Of a DNA stretch of 64,000 nucleotides, positions 1 through 12,660 are shown one piece after another. The notes beneath the pieces were generated by a model. It ran no database searches, was not told where the DNA came from, and saw nothing but the letters and a program-made list of their open reading frames with translations. The DNA lies in NCBI GenBank assembly GCA_963792195.1, contig CAWBVK010000009.1, positions 12,988-76,987 of the forward strand, read 5' to 3'. The stretch is from an uncultured Actinomycetota bacterium. Lineage in GTDB: Bacteria > Actinomycetota > Actinomycetes > Actinomycetales > Kineosporiaceae. The stretch's first letter is position 1, and every line of letters starts with the position of its first letter. Position numbers and translations under genes: made by a program.

Positions 1-908
1 TGAGCCGCTGCTCCCCGTTGCCGATCGGGAGCGGCACGTACGCCGCGGGGAGCCCGACCGTGGTCAGCTCGCAGACGGTGCCGGCGCCCGCCCGGCAGAC
101 CACGGCGTCGGCCGCGGCGTAGGCGAGGTCCATCCGGTCGAGGTACTCGACCGCCACGTAGGGCGGGCCACCGGGCGGCGGCGCGTCGCCGTGACGGGAG
201 GCCCTCGACCGCCTTGCCGCGGCCGGTCACGTGCAGCACCTGGACGCCGGCCTCGGCGAGGGCCGCGCGGGAGCGGCCGAAGGTCACGTTGAGGCGCTGG
301 GCGCCGAGCGACCCGCCGAACACGAGCAGCGTGGTGCGCCCGCGCTCGAGCCCGAACGGCGCCAGCGCCTCGTCGCGGCGCGCGGCCCGGTCGAGCGTCG
401 GTGATCTGCGCGCCGCAGCGGCATGCCGAGCACCCGTGCGCCGCGCAGCGGCGTGCCCGGGAAGGTGGTGGCGACGTAGCGGCGTGAACCGCGCCCCCAG
501 CCGGTTGGCCAGGCCCGGCCGGGCGTTCTGCTCGTGCACGACGATCGGCAGTCCGAGCCGGCGGGCCGCGAGGTAGGCGGGGGTCGAGACGTAGCCGCCG
601 AACCCGACCACGACCTGGGCCGGCGCCTCCTCCATCGCGCGCGACGCGGCGGCGACGGCCGGCCGCAGCCGCCACGGCAGCCGGCCGAGGTCGGCCGAGG
701 GGCGGCGCGGCAGCGGCACCCGCGGGCACGACGGCGAAGGCGTAGCCCGGCCTCGGGCACCAGCCGGGCCTCGAGGCCCTCCGCCGGTGCCGAGCGCGGT
801 GACGCGCACGTCCGGGTCGCGCCGGCGCAGGCAGTCGGCGAGCGCGAGCAGCGGCGCGACGTGGCCGGTGGACCCGCCGCCCGCGAGCACCACCGACAGA
901 CGCGACAC
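1..908 (-). CDS. murG: MurG (lipid I GlcNAc transferase); C-terminal end lies beyond window start; frame broken several times in this sequence
   Basis: GTG at 908. Manual minus-strand translation gives [25 protein letters not shown] at the N-terminus and ...[36 protein letters not shown] at window start. Pieces lie in three frames. Sits downstream of ftsW as in dcw clusters. Confidence 0.85.
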   Translation of the reverse strand, partial: MSRLSVVLAGGGSTGHVAPLLALADCLRRRDPDVRVTALGTGGGPRGPAGARGRATPSPSCPRVPLPRRPSADLGRLPWRLRPAVAAASRAMEEAPAQVVVGFGGYVSTPAYLAARRLGLPIVVHEQNARPGLANRLGARFTPLRRHHLPGHAAARRTGARHAAAARRSPTLDRAARRDEALAPFGLERGRTTLLVFGGSLGAQRLNVTFGRSRAALAEAGVQVLHVTGRGKAVEGLPSRRRAAARWPALRGGRVPRPDGPRLRRGRRRGLPGGRRHRLRADHGRAPRGVRAAPDRQRGAAA

Positions 909-922
909 GATGGAGCCGCAGC

Positions 923-2215
923 TCACGCCACTACCCCCGTTCCGTCGCCCGGGCAGGACCGCGAGCGATCGGCGGACCACTGACGGACGTGAGGCTAGCG
1001 CCTCCGCGGCGCCGGGGACGCGCCGGGCGAAACCGAGCACCATGCCCAGCGCGATGAGCGTGGTGACGAGGGCCGAGCCGCCGCTGGACACCAGCGGCAG
1101 CGGCACGCCGACCACCGGCAGCAGGCCGACGACCGCGCCGATGTTGACCAGCGCCTGCCCGAGCACCCAGGCGAGGACGCCGCCGGTCGCGATCTTGACG
1201 AAGACGTCGTCGGCTGGCGAGCGACGAGGCGGAACAGCCCGATCGCCGAGCATCGCGAACAGCGCCGAGCACGGCGAGCGTGCCGACCAGCCCGAGCTCC
1301 TCGCCGATGATCGCGAAGATGAAGTCGTTGTGCGCCTCGGGCAGCCAGCACCACTTCTGCCGGCTCTCCCCCAGGCCGAGCCCCCACCAGCCGCCGCGAC
1401 GCCAGCGCCCACAGCGCCGTGCAGCGGCTGCTAGCTCGATCCCCTGCGGGTCGGCAGCGCCCGCTGCCGCAGCTGCGCCGCGAAGCGCTGCATCCGGTTG
1501 GCGCTCGTGCTGCACCAGCACGAACACGCGCGAAGGCGGCGAGCGCGCCGCTCACGGCGAACACCCGCAGCGGCACCCCGGCGGCGAACATGCAGCGCGG
1601 CCACGAGCCCCATCAGCACGAGGGCCGTGCCGAGGTCGCGCCCGGCGAGCACGAGCGCGAGCAGCGAGCGCCGTGACGGGGACGACCGGCACCACGGCGT
1701 GGACGGCCCGGTGCGATCAGCGGCCGCTTGCGCTCGAGCACGGCGGCCACCCAGACGACGAGCGAGAGCTTGACGGCCTCGGACGGCTGCAGCGGTGATC
1801 CCGCCGATGCCGACCCAGTTCCGGTTGCCGTTGACGGTCGTGCCCGGCGACGAGCACGAGCAGCAGCGCGCCGACGCCGACGCAGCAGCAGCGGCCAGGC
1901 CAGGGCCTTCCACACCGCGGACCGGCACCAGGGCGGCGACCACGGCGAGCGGCAGGCCGATCGCGGCGAACATGGCCTGCTTGGCGAAGATCGTGTACGA
2001 GGAGTGCAGCGTGCGCAGCGACTCCACGCTCGAGCTCGACAGCACCATGATGAGGCCGAGGACGACCAGCGCGATCGGTCGAGCCGAGCACCAGGTAGTA
2101 GGCGGCGAGCGGCGACTGCAGCCGCGCGGCCCAGCGCCGCCGCGCGCGGGCGCGCGCCGCGCGGAGCCGGCCGGGGCGGCGCGCGGCGGCCGGGGCGTCG
2201 AGCCGCGCCGGCCAC
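923..2215 (-). CDS. ftsW: FtsW (SEDS-family peptidoglycan polymerase/lipid II flippase), frameshifted in this sequence
   Basis: Segments in three frames: [130 protein letters not shown] (manual). GTG 2215 lies just after the murD stop. The 3' end is ambiguous (stops at 923-925 or 931-933 depending on frame). Confidence 0.85.
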
Positions 2216-2218
2216 GCC

Positions 2219-3817
2219 TCAGCCCTGCCCGCCGGCGCGCCGACGCAGGCGGCGCACGGCGGCGCGCGAAGGCGTCGCCGCGCGCGGCGTAGCAGGCGAA
2301 CTGGTCGAAGGAGGCGCAGGCCGGCGCGAGCAGCACGGTGTCGCCGGGCCGCGCGAGCGACGCCGCGGCCGCGACGACACGGTCCATCAGCGCGTCGGAT
2401 CCGCAGGCGGCCGTCCGGTCCGGCAACGCTCGCCGTCGCTGCCAGTCACCCTGCCAGTCTCGGCGACGTCGACCTCGAGGACGGGAAGATCGGGCGCGTG
2501 TCGGCGCAGCGCCTCGCGCGACGAGGTCGCGGTCGCGGCCGAGCAGCACCGCGCCGCGCAGCCGGGCGGCGTGCGCGGCGACGAGGTCGTCGAACTCCCG
2601 CGGGCCGGCGCCCTTCGCCAGGCCGCCGGCGACCCAGACGACGCGCTCGAAGCCGCGCAGCGCGGCGTCGGCGGCGTGCGGGTTGGTCGCCTTCGAGTCG
2701 TCGACCCAGGTCACGCCGCCGGTCTCGGCGACCCGGGCCAGCCGGTGCGCGCGGCGGGACGAGGCCCGCGCAGCCCGTCCCGGACCGCGACCGCCGGCAC
2801 CCCGGCGGCCCGGGCCAGCGCGGCGGCGGCGAGGGCGTTCGCGACGAGGTGCGGGGCGAGGACGCCGCCGGCGCCGGCCCGCACGTCGTCGAGGGTGGCG
2901 AGCTCGGCGGCCGAGGTGCGCCGCTGCGCGACGAACGCGCGGTCGACGAGCACGTCGTCGACGACCCCGAGCATCGACACGCCGGGACGCCGAGGGTGAA
3001 GCCGATCGCGCGGCAGCCCTCGACCACGTCGGCGTCGCGCACGAGCTGCTCGGTCCGCGGGTCGGCGACGTTGTAGACGCAGGCCACCTGGGTGTTCTCG
3101 TAGACCCGGCCCTTGTCGCGGGCGTACGCCTCGAAGCCGCCGTGCCAGTCGAGGTGGTCGGGCGCGACGTTGAGGCAGGCGCTCGCCAGCGGCCGACAGC
3201 GAGGACGTCGAGTGCAGCTGGAAGCTGGAGAGCTCGACGGCGAGCACGTCGTAGCGGCCTCGCGGGTGCAGCACGGCCTCGAGCACGGGCGTGCCGACGT
3301 TGCCGACCGCGGCGCTGCGCAGCCCGGCGGCCGGCGAGCATCGACGGCGAGCATCGTCACGGTCGTGGTCTTGCCGTTGGTGCCGGTGACGGTGAGCCAG
3401 GGCGCGCGCGCCCGGCGGCCGGGCGCATCCGCCAGGCCAGCTCCACCTCGCTCCACACCGGGATGCCCGCCGCGGCGGCGCCGGCCAGCAGCGGGTGCGT
3501 CGGGCGGCCAGCCGGGCGACGCGACGACGAGGTCGGGCGCCGGCCGTCGCCGGACGTCCGGCAGCGCGTCGCGACCGCCCCGGCGCCGAGCAGCACCTCG
3601 CGCGCCCGAGGGTGTCGAGGATGACCGCGCGCTCGCGCTGGGCCGGCCCGTCGCCGGCCGTCGACGACGACGACCCGGCGCGCCGCGCTCGGCCAGCGCG
3701 TCGGCGGCGGCGAAGCCCGAGGCCCCGATGCCGGCGACGACCACGCGCAGGCCGGCCCAGTCGGCGCCGACCGTGCGTCAGCGCCGTCCAGCCGGCGACG
3801 GAGCGCGCCGACGTCAC
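2219..3817 (-). CDS. murD: MurD (UDP-MurNAc-L-Ala--D-Glu ligase), frameshifted in this sequence
   Basis: [96 protein letters not shown] and [22 protein letters not shown] spread over three frames. GTG 3817 overlaps the mraY stop (GTGA). Confidence 0.9.
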
Positions 3818-4901
3818 TGGCCGACCACCCACTCCGCGTAGAAGACGCCCGAGGCCGAGCCCGACGAAGAGCCCGGCGATGATCCAGAACCGGATGACGA
3901 TCGTGACCTCGGCCCAGCCCGCCAGCTCGAAGTGGTGCTGCAGCGGCGCCATCCGGAACACCCGTTTGCCGGTCAGCTTGAACGAGCCGACCTGGATGAC
4001 GACCGAGAGCGTGATCAGCACGAACAGGCCGCCGAGCAGCACCAGCAGCAGCTCCGTGCGGGACAGGATGGCCAGCCCGGCGAGGGCGCCGCCGAGCGCC
4101 AGCGAGCCGGTGTCCCCCATGAAGATCTTCGCGGGCGAGGCGTTCCACCACAGGAACCCGAAGCAGCGAGCCGAGCGACGGCGGCCGCGACCACGGCGAG
4201 GTCGCGCGGGTCGCGCACCTCGTAGCACTGCGGCCCCGGGCGCTCCACGCAGGAGTTGTTCGACTGCCAGATGCCGATGAGCACGTAGGCGCCGAAGACG
4301 AGCACGCTCGTGCCCGTCGCCAGGCCGTCGAGGCCGTCGGTGAGGTTCACGCCGTTGCTCCACGCCGCGATCATGAGCAGCGCCCAGACGACGAAGAGCA
4401 CGAGCCCGATCGCCGCGCCGGCGAACGCCAGGTCGATGCCGGGTGTCGCGGATGAACGAGACCCGGGTCGAGGCCGGCGTCCGGAACGACGCCGTTCTGG
4501 AACTGCAGCGCCAGCAGGGCGAACGTGATGGCCACGGCGCTCTGCCCGGCCAGCTTGGCGCCGGCGCGCAGGCCCGAGGCTGCGCTGCCGGGAGATCTTC
4601 AGGTAGTCGTCGAGGAAGCCCACGAGGCCGAGCCCGGTCATGAGGAACAGCACGAGGACGGCGGACATCGTCGGCACCCACATCGTGGCGCCGTGCGCCA
4701 CCGCGTAGCCGAGCAGCGTGGCGCCGATGATGACGGCCCCGCCCATGGTGGGCGTGCCGCGCTTGGTGTGGTGCCCGGTCGGGCCCGTCGTCGCGGATGA
4801 ACTGGCCGTAGCCCGCGCCCCACGAGGAAGCGGATGTACAGCGGGGTGCCGAACAGCGAGCAGACGAGCGCGACCGCGGCCGCGATGAGGACCGTCTTCA
4901 C
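3814..4901 (-). CDS. mraY: MraY (phospho-MurNAc-pentapeptide translocase), frameshifted in this sequence
   Basis: [26 protein letters not shown] start at 4901 overlapping the murF stop. Also [80 protein letters not shown]-terminus ...[10 protein letters not shown] by manual translation. Confidence 0.9.
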
Positions 4902-6386
4902 GCGTCGATCCCCCCGCGGCCGCCCTGGCCGGGGACGTTGGGCTCGGGGACGTCGTCGAGCAGGGCCGTCGCGACGACGTCGAGGCCGACCGACCGGGAG
5001 GCCTTGACGAGCACGACGTCACCGGGGGCGAGCTCGGCGCGCAGCAGCGCGAGCGCGGCGGCGGCGTCCGGCACCCAGGCGGACTCCTCGCCCCACGACC
5101 CCTCCTGGCTGGCGCCCGTGTGGATGGCGCGCGCGCCGGCGCCGACCGCGACGAGCCGGGAGATGTCGAGGCGGACGGCGAGCCGGCCGACGGCGTCGTG
5201 CTCGGCCAGCGACGTGTCGCCGAGCTCGAGCATCTCCCCCAGCACCGCCCAGGTGCGTCGCCTGGGCGGCGTAGGCGACCCGGACGAGTCGGGCTCGGGG
5301 CGGCCCATCGCGGCCAGCGCCTTGAGCGCGGCGCGCACCGAGTCGGGGTTGGCGTTGTAGGCGTCGTTGACGACGGTGACGCCGTCGGGACGGGTGTGCA
5401 CCTCCATCCGCCACCGGCTCGCCGGCACGGCGCTGCCGAGCAGCTCGGCGATCCGGGCGGCCGGCAGCCCCGCCTCGAGCGCGACCGCCGCGGCGGCGAG
5501 CGCGTTCGCGACGTGGTGCTGGCCGTACAGGGGCAGGGAGACGCGGGCTTCGTCCCCGGTAGGGCGTCACCAGCGTGAACGAGGGCCGGGACCAGGCGTC
5601 GAGGCGCACGTCGACCGCCCGGACGTCGGCCCCGGGGCCGAGCCCGAAGCGCACGACCCGGCCACGGGTCCGCGCGGCCATGGCCGCCACGAGCGGGTCG
5701 TCGGCGTTGAGCACGGCCACGCCGCCCTCCCCCAGCGCCTCCGGCAGCTCGCCCTTGGTCGCCGCGGTCGCCTCCCGGGAGCCGAAGACGCCGGCGTGCG
5801 CCGCACCGACGTTGAGGACGACGGCGTAGTCGGGCGGCGTGACCCGGGTGAGGTAGGCGATGTTGCCGGGCATCCGGGCACCCATCTCGGCCACCAGGAA
5901 GCGGGTCGAGGCGTCGCAGCGCAGCGCGGTCAGCGGCAGCCCGATCTCGTTGTTGAACGACCCCTGCGGCGCCACCGTGGGCCCGAGGTCGCCCAGGAGC
6001 ACGGCGAGCAGGTCCTTCGTGCTGGTCTTGCCCGACGACCCGGTGACGCCGACCACGACGAGCCCGGGCAGGGCGCCGACCACGTGCCGGGCGAGCGCAC
6101 CCAGCGCCTCGAGCTGACCCTCGGACGCGTCGCGAGACGGCACGACAAGGCACGGCACGTCGAGCTCGCGCGCCGCGAGGACGGCCACGGCACCGGCGGC
6201 GACGGCCTCACCGGCGTGGTCGTGCCCGTCGGCACGCGTGCCGGGCAGCGCGACGAACAGGCCGCCGGGCACGGCCTGCCGGCTGTCGACGACGACCGGC
6301 CCCGTCACGACGGCCCCGGGCTCGGCCCCCCCGGCCAGCCGGCCGCCGGTCACGGCGGCCAGCTCGGACAACGGGACGGGGATCAT
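4898..6386 (-). CDS. murF: MurF (UDP-MurNAc-tripeptide--D-Ala-D-Ala ligase), frameshifted around 5430-5560
   Basis: [17 protein letters not shown] start. ATG 6384-6386 overlaps the murE stop (ATGA). [29 protein letters not shown]-terminal [32 protein letters not shown]...[12 protein letters not shown]. Confidence 0.9.
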
Positions 6387-8006
6387 GGCGAGGCCTCCTG
6401 CGTCGTGGCGGTCGTCGCGGTCGCGTTCTCGCCGGCCGCGTCGTCGAGGGCCGCACGCAGCGCCGCGCGGTCGTCGAACGGGTGGACGACGCCCGCGACC
6501 TCCTGGCCCTGCTCGTGGCCCTTGCCGGCGACCAGCACGACGCCGCCGCCCCACGCCCTGCGCACGGCGTGGGCGATCGCCTCGCGGCGGCCTGCCACCT
6601 CGAGCACCTCGGCGCCGCTGTCCCGGGCGGCGCGACCGCGCGCCCTCGAGCACCGCGGCCCGGATCGCGGCCGGGTCCTCGGAGCGGGGGTTGTCGTCGG
6701 TGACGACGACGACGTCGGCGCCCGCGGGCGGCCGCCTCGCCCATCAGCGGGCGCTTGTCGCGGTCGCGGTCGCCGCCGGCGCCGAGCACGACGACGAGGG
6801 GGCCGCCCGCACCCGACCCCCGCAGCGCGTCGCTCGGCCCGCCACCCAACGCGGCGAGGGCCTGCTCCACGGCGTCGGGCGAGTGCGCGAAGTCGACGAC
6901 GGCCAGCGGCGCACCCGGCGGCCGGCCCGGCGCGCCGACCCGCTCCATCCGGCCGGGCACCGGGCCCGCGGCGGCGAGCGCCTTCGCGGCCTGCTCCGCG
7001 TCGAGCCCGGCCTCCACCAGCACCGCGAGCGCCACCAGAGCGTTGGCCAGGTTGAACCGGCCGGGCAGCGGGCTGCGCAGCTCGAGGTCGGCGATGCCTG
7101 GGCCGCTGACCCGGGCGACGGGCAGGCCGGCCTCGAGCCGCTCGCCGAGCACGCACCAGTCGGCGGGCCGGTCGTCGCCGGTCGCGACCGTGGTCACGGG
7201 AACACCGGCAAGGACCGAGGCGAGCCTCGCCCCGGCCTCGTCGTCGACGCAGACGACGCCGCGGCGGGCCCGCTCGGGGGTGAACAGCGAGGCCTTGGCG
7301 GCGAAGTACTCCTCCATCGTCCCGTGGAAGTCGAGGTGGTCACGGGTGAGGTTGGTGAACGCCGCCACGTCGACGACCAGCCCGTCGACCCGGTGCAGGG
7401 CCAGCGCGTGGCTCGAGATCTCCATCGAGCACACGGTGACGCCGCGCTCGACCATCGCGGCCAGCAGCGCGTGCAGGTCGGGCGCCTCGGGGGTCGTGCC
7501 GGTCGAGGGGATGCGCTCGTCCCCCAGCCGGAGCTCCACGGTGCCGACCAGCCCGGTCCGGCGGCCCGCCGCGCGCAGGGCGGCGTCCAGCATGCTCGTG
7601 GTGGTGGTCTTGCCGTTGGTGCCGGTCACGCCGAGCGTCAGCAGCTTCGACGCCGGGTCGCCGTAGACCCACGCCGCGAGCTCGCCGAGCACGGCCCTCG
7701 GGTCGGGGACCACGGCCACCGGCAGCCCGGCTCCGGCGGCGCGGGCGGCCCCGCCGGGGTCGGTGAGCACGGCCACCGCGCCCGCGCGCGCCGCGTCGGC
7801 CGCGTACTCCGCCCCGTGGGTGCGGGCGCCCGGCAGCGCCGCGTACAGGTCACCGGGGCGGACGGTGCGCGAGCTGAGCGTGACCCCGGTGACCGGAGGA
7901 CCGGCGGCCTCGGACCCGCTCGGCGGGGAGCCCGAGCCGCACCGAGGACCTCGGCCAGAGGGCGGGGGACGACGTGGTCGGGGCGGGGGCCGCCGGGGAT
8001 CGGCAC
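6383..8006 (-). CDS. murE: MurE (UDP-MurNAc-L-Ala-D-Glu--diamino acid ligase), frameshifted in this sequence
   Basis: GTG 8006 ([22 protein letters not shown]). [84 protein letters not shown]-terminus [14 protein letters not shown]. Confidence 0.9.
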
Positions 8007-8024
8007 GATGCGTCAGGCTACCCG

Positions 8025-10161
8025 TCACCAGCGCAACGGGATGCGAGGTGTCGTGCCCCCGGTCGGCGGGACCTTCTGCTGGGCCAGGGCGTAGGCCATG
8101 AGCTGGGAGAACACCGGGGCCGCCGCCTGCCCCCCGAAGTAGTCGTGCTTGGGACGGTCGAGGACGACCGCGACGACCAGCCGCGGGTCGTCGGCCGGAG
8201 CCATGCCGATGAAGCTCGCCGTGTACGCCCCGGCCAGGTACCCGCCGTGGCCGTCGGGGTACTGGGCCGTGCCCGTCTTGCCGGCGACCCGGTAGCCCGG
8301 GATCGCCGCCTTGACGGCGGTGCCGTTGCTCGCTGACCACCTGCTCCATCATCACGCGCATCTGGCGCGCCACGTCGGGGCTCACGACGCGCAGCCCGTC
8401 GGTGGCGTCGGCCGGGCGGAAGACGCCGTCCGCGCACGTCTGCCCGGCCACCAGCCGGGGCTGGCGGCGGACGCCGTCGTTGGCGAGGGTCGCGAAGACG
8501 TCGGCGGCCTGCAGCGTGGTCACCGAGAGGCCCTGGCCGAACATGACCGTGTACCGCTGGGACCCGCTCCACTGCTGGTACGGCGCGAGCAGGCCCGGCG
8601 ACTCGGCGAGCCCGATGCCGGTCGGCGCGCCGAGGCCGAACAGGCGCAGGTAGCGGTCGAGCGTCGAGGGCGTGAGCTTCTCTCCGGTGAGGATCGTGCC
8701 GATGTTGCTCGACTGGGCGAGGACGCCCGCCAGCGTGAGCTGCTCGGTGCCGTGGAACTCGGCGTCGTGGAACGTGACGTCGGCGCGGCGCAGCACCGGC
8801 GGAACGCTCACCTTGCTCGCCGGGGTGGCGGCGTGCTCCTGCAGGGCGGCCGCGAGGGTGATGACCTTGGCCGTGGACCCGGGCTCGAAGGTGTCGAGCA
8901 GGCTCCGGTCGTTGATCCTCGCCTGGCCGGCCGTCTCGGGATGGTTGGGGTCGTAGGTCGGCACGACCGCCAGCGCGCGGACGTCGAAGGTCCGTGCGTC
9001 GAGCACGACCGCGTAGCCGCCGTGCGCCTGCAGCGCCGACACCTGGGCCGCCAGCAGCTGCTGAGCCTTCCACTGCAGGTCGCGATCGAGCGTGGTGCGG
9101 ATCGTGCAGCCGTCCCGCGGGTCGACCTCCGCGAGGACGCCGGTCGGGATCTGCGCACCGTCGAGGCTCTGCTCGTAGGTGAACTTGCCCGCGGTGCCCG
9201 CCAGCTGCTTGTCGTAGGCCTGCTCGAGGCCGCCGTGCGCGCTGCCGTCGACGGCCGCGACGAACCCGAGCACGTTGCCGCCGACGTCGCCGGCGGGGTA
9301 CACGCGCCGGCTCGCCTGCCACGGGACGAGGCCGGGGATCGCCAGGCGCATGATCTGGCGCGCCACGTCGGGCGCGACGCCCCGGGCGATGGTGGCGCCC
9401 CTGCTGGTGCCGGTCAGCTTGGTGGTGAGCGCCTCGACCGACTGGCCGAGCAGCGGCGCCAGGTCCTCCGCGGCGCCGCGCACCCCGACGGGCACGAGGT
9501 CCTCCCCGACCCGGCGCTTGTAGCCGGCGACGAGGGTCTGGTCGACGAGGATGTCGCGCAGCTCGATGGTGGTGGCGAGGGTGGCGCCGTCCGCGTCGAG
9601 GATGTCGCCGCGGCGCGCGAACAGCGGCTCGCTGCGGGTGCGGTTCTTCAGCGCCTGGGCGGCGAGCGCCGACGCGTCGAGCCCCTGGAGCTGGATCAGC
9701 CGGCCGCCGAAGAGGCTCAGCAGGAAGAGCATGACGACGAGCGCGGCGCGCAGCCGGCGGGCGGGGTCGGGCGGCGGCCGCCAAGGACGCTGCCGCGGTG
9801 GCCGGGGCGGGCGGGGCGGCCTGGGGGCGGGTGAGCGACGGATGCGCGGGGCCGGAGTGCGCGCCGCGGGCGGGGTGCGAGGGGGCGGGGTGCGAGCGGG
9901 CGACGCGGGCTTCGATCCCTGCGACGGCGGGGAGCCGACGGAGCGCGCCCGGCCGGCGCCGGGCCGGCGGGCGACCGGCGGCGCTCCCTGGTGCTGGGTG
10001 CGACGGGCCTCGCGGACGGGCGGACGGGGCACCCGCGCCGCGGGCGACGGTCGGGACGCCGACGGCGGGGCCGCGGGCCGACGCCCGCGCCCCGGGGTCC
10101 GGTCCTCACCCTCCACCTGCCCGCGCTCCCTTCCGCTGCTGCCGCCGACCCCCACCGGCAC
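8025..10161 (-). CDS. ftsI: FtsI / class B penicillin-binding protein (PBP3-type), one frame switch near 8335
   Basis: TM LRAALVVMLFLLSLFGGRLIQLQ. SxxK in FEPGSTAKVITLAAAL, SxN in AQSSNIGT, KTG in YRVAGKTGTAQ (manual). True stop TGA 8025-8027 after ...FSQLMAYALAQQKVPPTGGTTPRIPLRW*. The track ORF reads through into murE in another frame. Confidence 0.85.
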
Positions 10162-10242
10162 GCCGTGCGTCCCCGTAGCTCGCCGCCGTCCTCCTTCGGT
10201 CCGTTCCGTCGGTCGTCCCGCGTGTGGCGCTTCCCGCGACGT

Positions 10243-10869
10243 TCAGCGCGCGGCGGTCGCCGTCCCGCGCTTCGGAGGCGTGGTCGCCTTCGCGGTCGTC
10301 GTCGTCCTCGCTGTCTTCGCCGTCGTCGCTGTCTTCGCGGTCTTCGCCGTCGCCTTGGTTGCTGACGGTGCAGTCTTACTTACGGTAGGTGAGGGGGGTG
10401 CCGTCGCCTTCTCCGCCACGCCGATGGTCCGCCCGTCGGGCAGCACGAACGGGACGCCCGGCGCCGCGTCGACCATCCCGAGCTTGTGCGCCCGGTCGGC
10501 GAGCGCCTCCGGGGCCTCCAGCTGCCGGGTCTCCTGGGCGTACTTCTGCGCGAGCTCGCGCAGCTGCTCCGCCTTGGCGCTCTGGTCACGCAGGTCGTAG
10601 GCACCGCGCTCGAGGCTCACGTTCATGAGCAGCAGCCCGACGAGGCCGACGAGCAGCAACCCGACGCAGACGACGACGAGCCCAGCCCGGCTGCGTGTGT
10701 ACCGGGGCGCACTGACGACGCGCAGCCGCGGTCCGGCACCCGCCGGCCGCGCGGGCCGACGGGCGGGCTGGCGCGCCGCGGGTTGGCGCGCCGCGGGCTG
10801 ACGGACCGCGGGCTGACGCGCAGCCGGCCGCGGGGCCGTCCTGGTGGTGGCTGTCGCCGGCTGACTCAT
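10243..10869 (-). CDS. FtsL-like bitopic cell-division protein (septum formation initiator family)
   Basis: Sits between rsmH and ftsI. ATG 10869 overlaps the rsmH stop (ATGA). Single [24 protein letters not shown] followed by a helical segment ([27 protein letters not shown]). Thr/Ala/Lys-rich tail. Assigned by position and architecture, not by strong motifs. Confidence 0.6.
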   Translation of the reverse strand: MSQPATATTRTAPRPAARQPAVRQPAARQPAARQPARRPARPAGAGPRLRVVSAPRYTRSRAGLVVVCVGLLLVGLVGLLLMNVSLERGAYDLRDQSAKAEQLRELAQKYAQETRQLEAPEALADRAHKLGMVDAAPGVPFVLPDGRTIGVAEKATAPPSPTVSKTAPSATKATAKTAKTATTAKTARTTTTAKATTPPKRGTATAAR

Positions 10870-11948
10870 GCCGCGTCCCCTCCTGCCGATCCCCGGCCGC
10901 CCGTGGCACGGGCGCCCGTCGACCGCCGGGCTCCCGTCGGGGGCACGGCCGTCACCCCCCCGGGCCTGATGCGTTCCGCCGCCCGCAGCCGCACCGACGC
11001 CGCTCGCGGGTTCTGCTCGATCTCCTCGGCGGACGCCGTCTCGGCGCCCCGGGTCAGCAACCGCAGCCGGGGCGCGTGCTCGGGGAGCTCCACCGGCAGT
11101 CCCGGCGGGGCCGTCCCCGACGCACCGGCGGTCAGCGCGCGCTTGGCGATCCGGTCCTCGAGCGAGTGGTAGGCCAGCACGACGATCCGGCCGCCCACCG
11201 CGAGCGCGTCGAGCGCGGCGGGCACGGCGCGGCCGAGCACCTCGAGCTCGCCGTTCACCTCGATCCGCAACGCCTGGAACGTGCGCTTGGCGGGGTTCCC
11301 GCCGACCCGCCGGGTCGCCGCGGGCACGTTGGCGCGGACGACGTCCACCAGCCGCGCGCTGGTCGAGAAGGGGACGCGCTCCCGCTCCCGGACGATGGCC
11401 CTGGCGATGCGCTGCGCGAACCGCTCCTCGCCGTACTCGCGCAGCACCCGGGCGAGGGCGTCGGCGTCGTAGGTGTTGAGGACGTCGGCAGCCGTGCGGC
11501 CGGTCGTGGGGTCCATGCGCATGTCGAGCGGGGCGTCGACGGCGTAGGCGAAGCCGCGACCCGGCTCGTCGAGCTGGAGCGAGGAGACGCCGAGGTCGAA
11601 CAGGACACCCTGCACCTGCGGCACCCCGAGATCGGCCAGGACCTCGGGGACGGCGTCGTAGACCGCGTGCACGAGGCGGACGCGCTCGCCGAAGGGCGCC
11701 AGCCGGCGGCCGGCCAGCGCGAGCGCCTGCGGGTCGCGGTCGATGCCGACCAGGGACGCCTGCGGGCACTGCTCGAGCAGCGCCTCGGAGTGCCCGCCCA
11801 TGCCGAGGGTCGCGTCGACGACGACGGAGCCGGGTTCGACCAGCGCCGGCGCGAGCAGGGCGACGGACCGTCCGAGCAGCACCGGCACGTGCGCGTCGCG
11901 CGCACGCCGGCCCTCGGTGCCCTCGTCGGGGCTGCCCGTGCCCGCCAT
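10866..11948 (-). CDS. rsmH: RsmH (MraW), 16S rRNA m4C1402 methyltransferase; reading frame intact
   Basis: Uninterrupted ORF 10866..12143. Likely start is ATG 11948 ([10 protein letters not shown]...AHVPVLL). [44 protein letters not shown]. Confidence 0.9.
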   Translation of the reverse strand: MAGTGSPDEGTEGRRARDAHVPVLLGRSVALLAPALVEPGSVVVDATLGMGGHSEALLEQCPQASLVGIDRDPQALALAGRRLAPFGERVRLVHAVYDAVPEVLADLGVPQVQGVLFDLGVSSLQLDEPGRGFAYAVDAPLDMRMDPTTGRTAADVLNTYDADALARVLREYGEERFAQRIARAIVRERERVPFSTSARLVDVVRANVPAATRRVGGNPAKRTFQALRIEVNGELEVLGRAVPAALDALAVGGRIVVLAYHSLEDRIAKRALTAGASGTAPPGLPVELPEHAPRLRLLTRGAETASAEEIEQNPRAASVRLRAAERIRPGGVTAVPPTGARRSTGARATGGRGSAGGDAA

Positions 11949-12179
11949 CTCGACCCTCCCTGCGGTGCTCGTCCCTGCCGCTGCCGTGCCCTCGTGCTCG
12001 TCGCGCTCTGGGACGCCCGTGGCGCCCGTGGTGCTCGTCGACAGCGGCGGTGGGACGCGACCGGCGGTCAGGTCTCCCTCCGCTCCGACCGGCCTGACGC
12101 CGGGGAAGTGCGTCAGGACGGTGCGAGCGGCTGGAGACCTCACCGCCGGTACGTCGTCGACCGATGCTCACCAGGGCCG

Positions 12180-12611
12180 TCAGAACAGCCCCGGAACCAC
12201 CTCCTCCGCCTGCTCGGCGAAGACCTCCTCCTGCCGGGCCAGGTACGACTCCCAGGCCGCGGCGTCCCAGATCTCGACGCGCTGCCCGGCACCGATGACG
12301 GCGCAGTCGCGTTCGAGGCCCGCGTACGTCCGCAGCACCGGCGGGATCGTGATCCGGCCCTGCCTGTCGAGCACCTCGTCGCTGGCCCCGGAGAGGAAGA
12401 CACGCAGGTAGTCGCGGGCCTGCTTGCTCGTCACCGGTGCCTGGCGCAGCTGGTCCGCGAGGCGCTCGAACTCGGTCATCGGGAAGACGTAGAGGCAGCG
12501 CTCCTGCCCTCGCGTCACCACGACTCCCGCCTCGAGCTGTTCACGGAACTTCGCGGGGAGGATCAACCTCCCCTTGTCGTCCAGGCGGGGTGCATGGGTG
12601 CCGAGGAACAC
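12180..12611 (-). CDS. mraZ: MraZ transcriptional regulator; intact
   Basis: GTG 12611 gives [23 protein letters not shown] plus the second half-domain [22 protein letters not shown] upstream. The ORF-track start at 12677 would run into the promoter. Confidence 0.95.
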   Translation of the reverse strand: MFLGTHAPRLDDKGRLILPAKFREQLEAGVVVTRGQERCLYVFPMTEFERLADQLRQAPVTSKQARDYLRVFLSGASDEVLDRQGRITIPPVLRTYAGLERDCAVIGAGQRVEIWDAAAWESYLARQEEVFAEQAEEVVPGLF

Positions 12612-12660
12612 CGCCCTCGCCTCCCATCCAGGCCCCCGTACCTCCCGCCTGCCCCAGTGG

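Noticed and set aside
6208-10161. A single 1317-aa ORF that would be an FtsI-MurE(-MurF) fusion protein
   Set aside because: It is a read-through artefact of a stop-poor GC-rich frame. Manual translation shows ftsI switches frame near 8335 and ends at TGA 8025-8027. murE has its own GTG at 8006 and leaves this frame near 6700.
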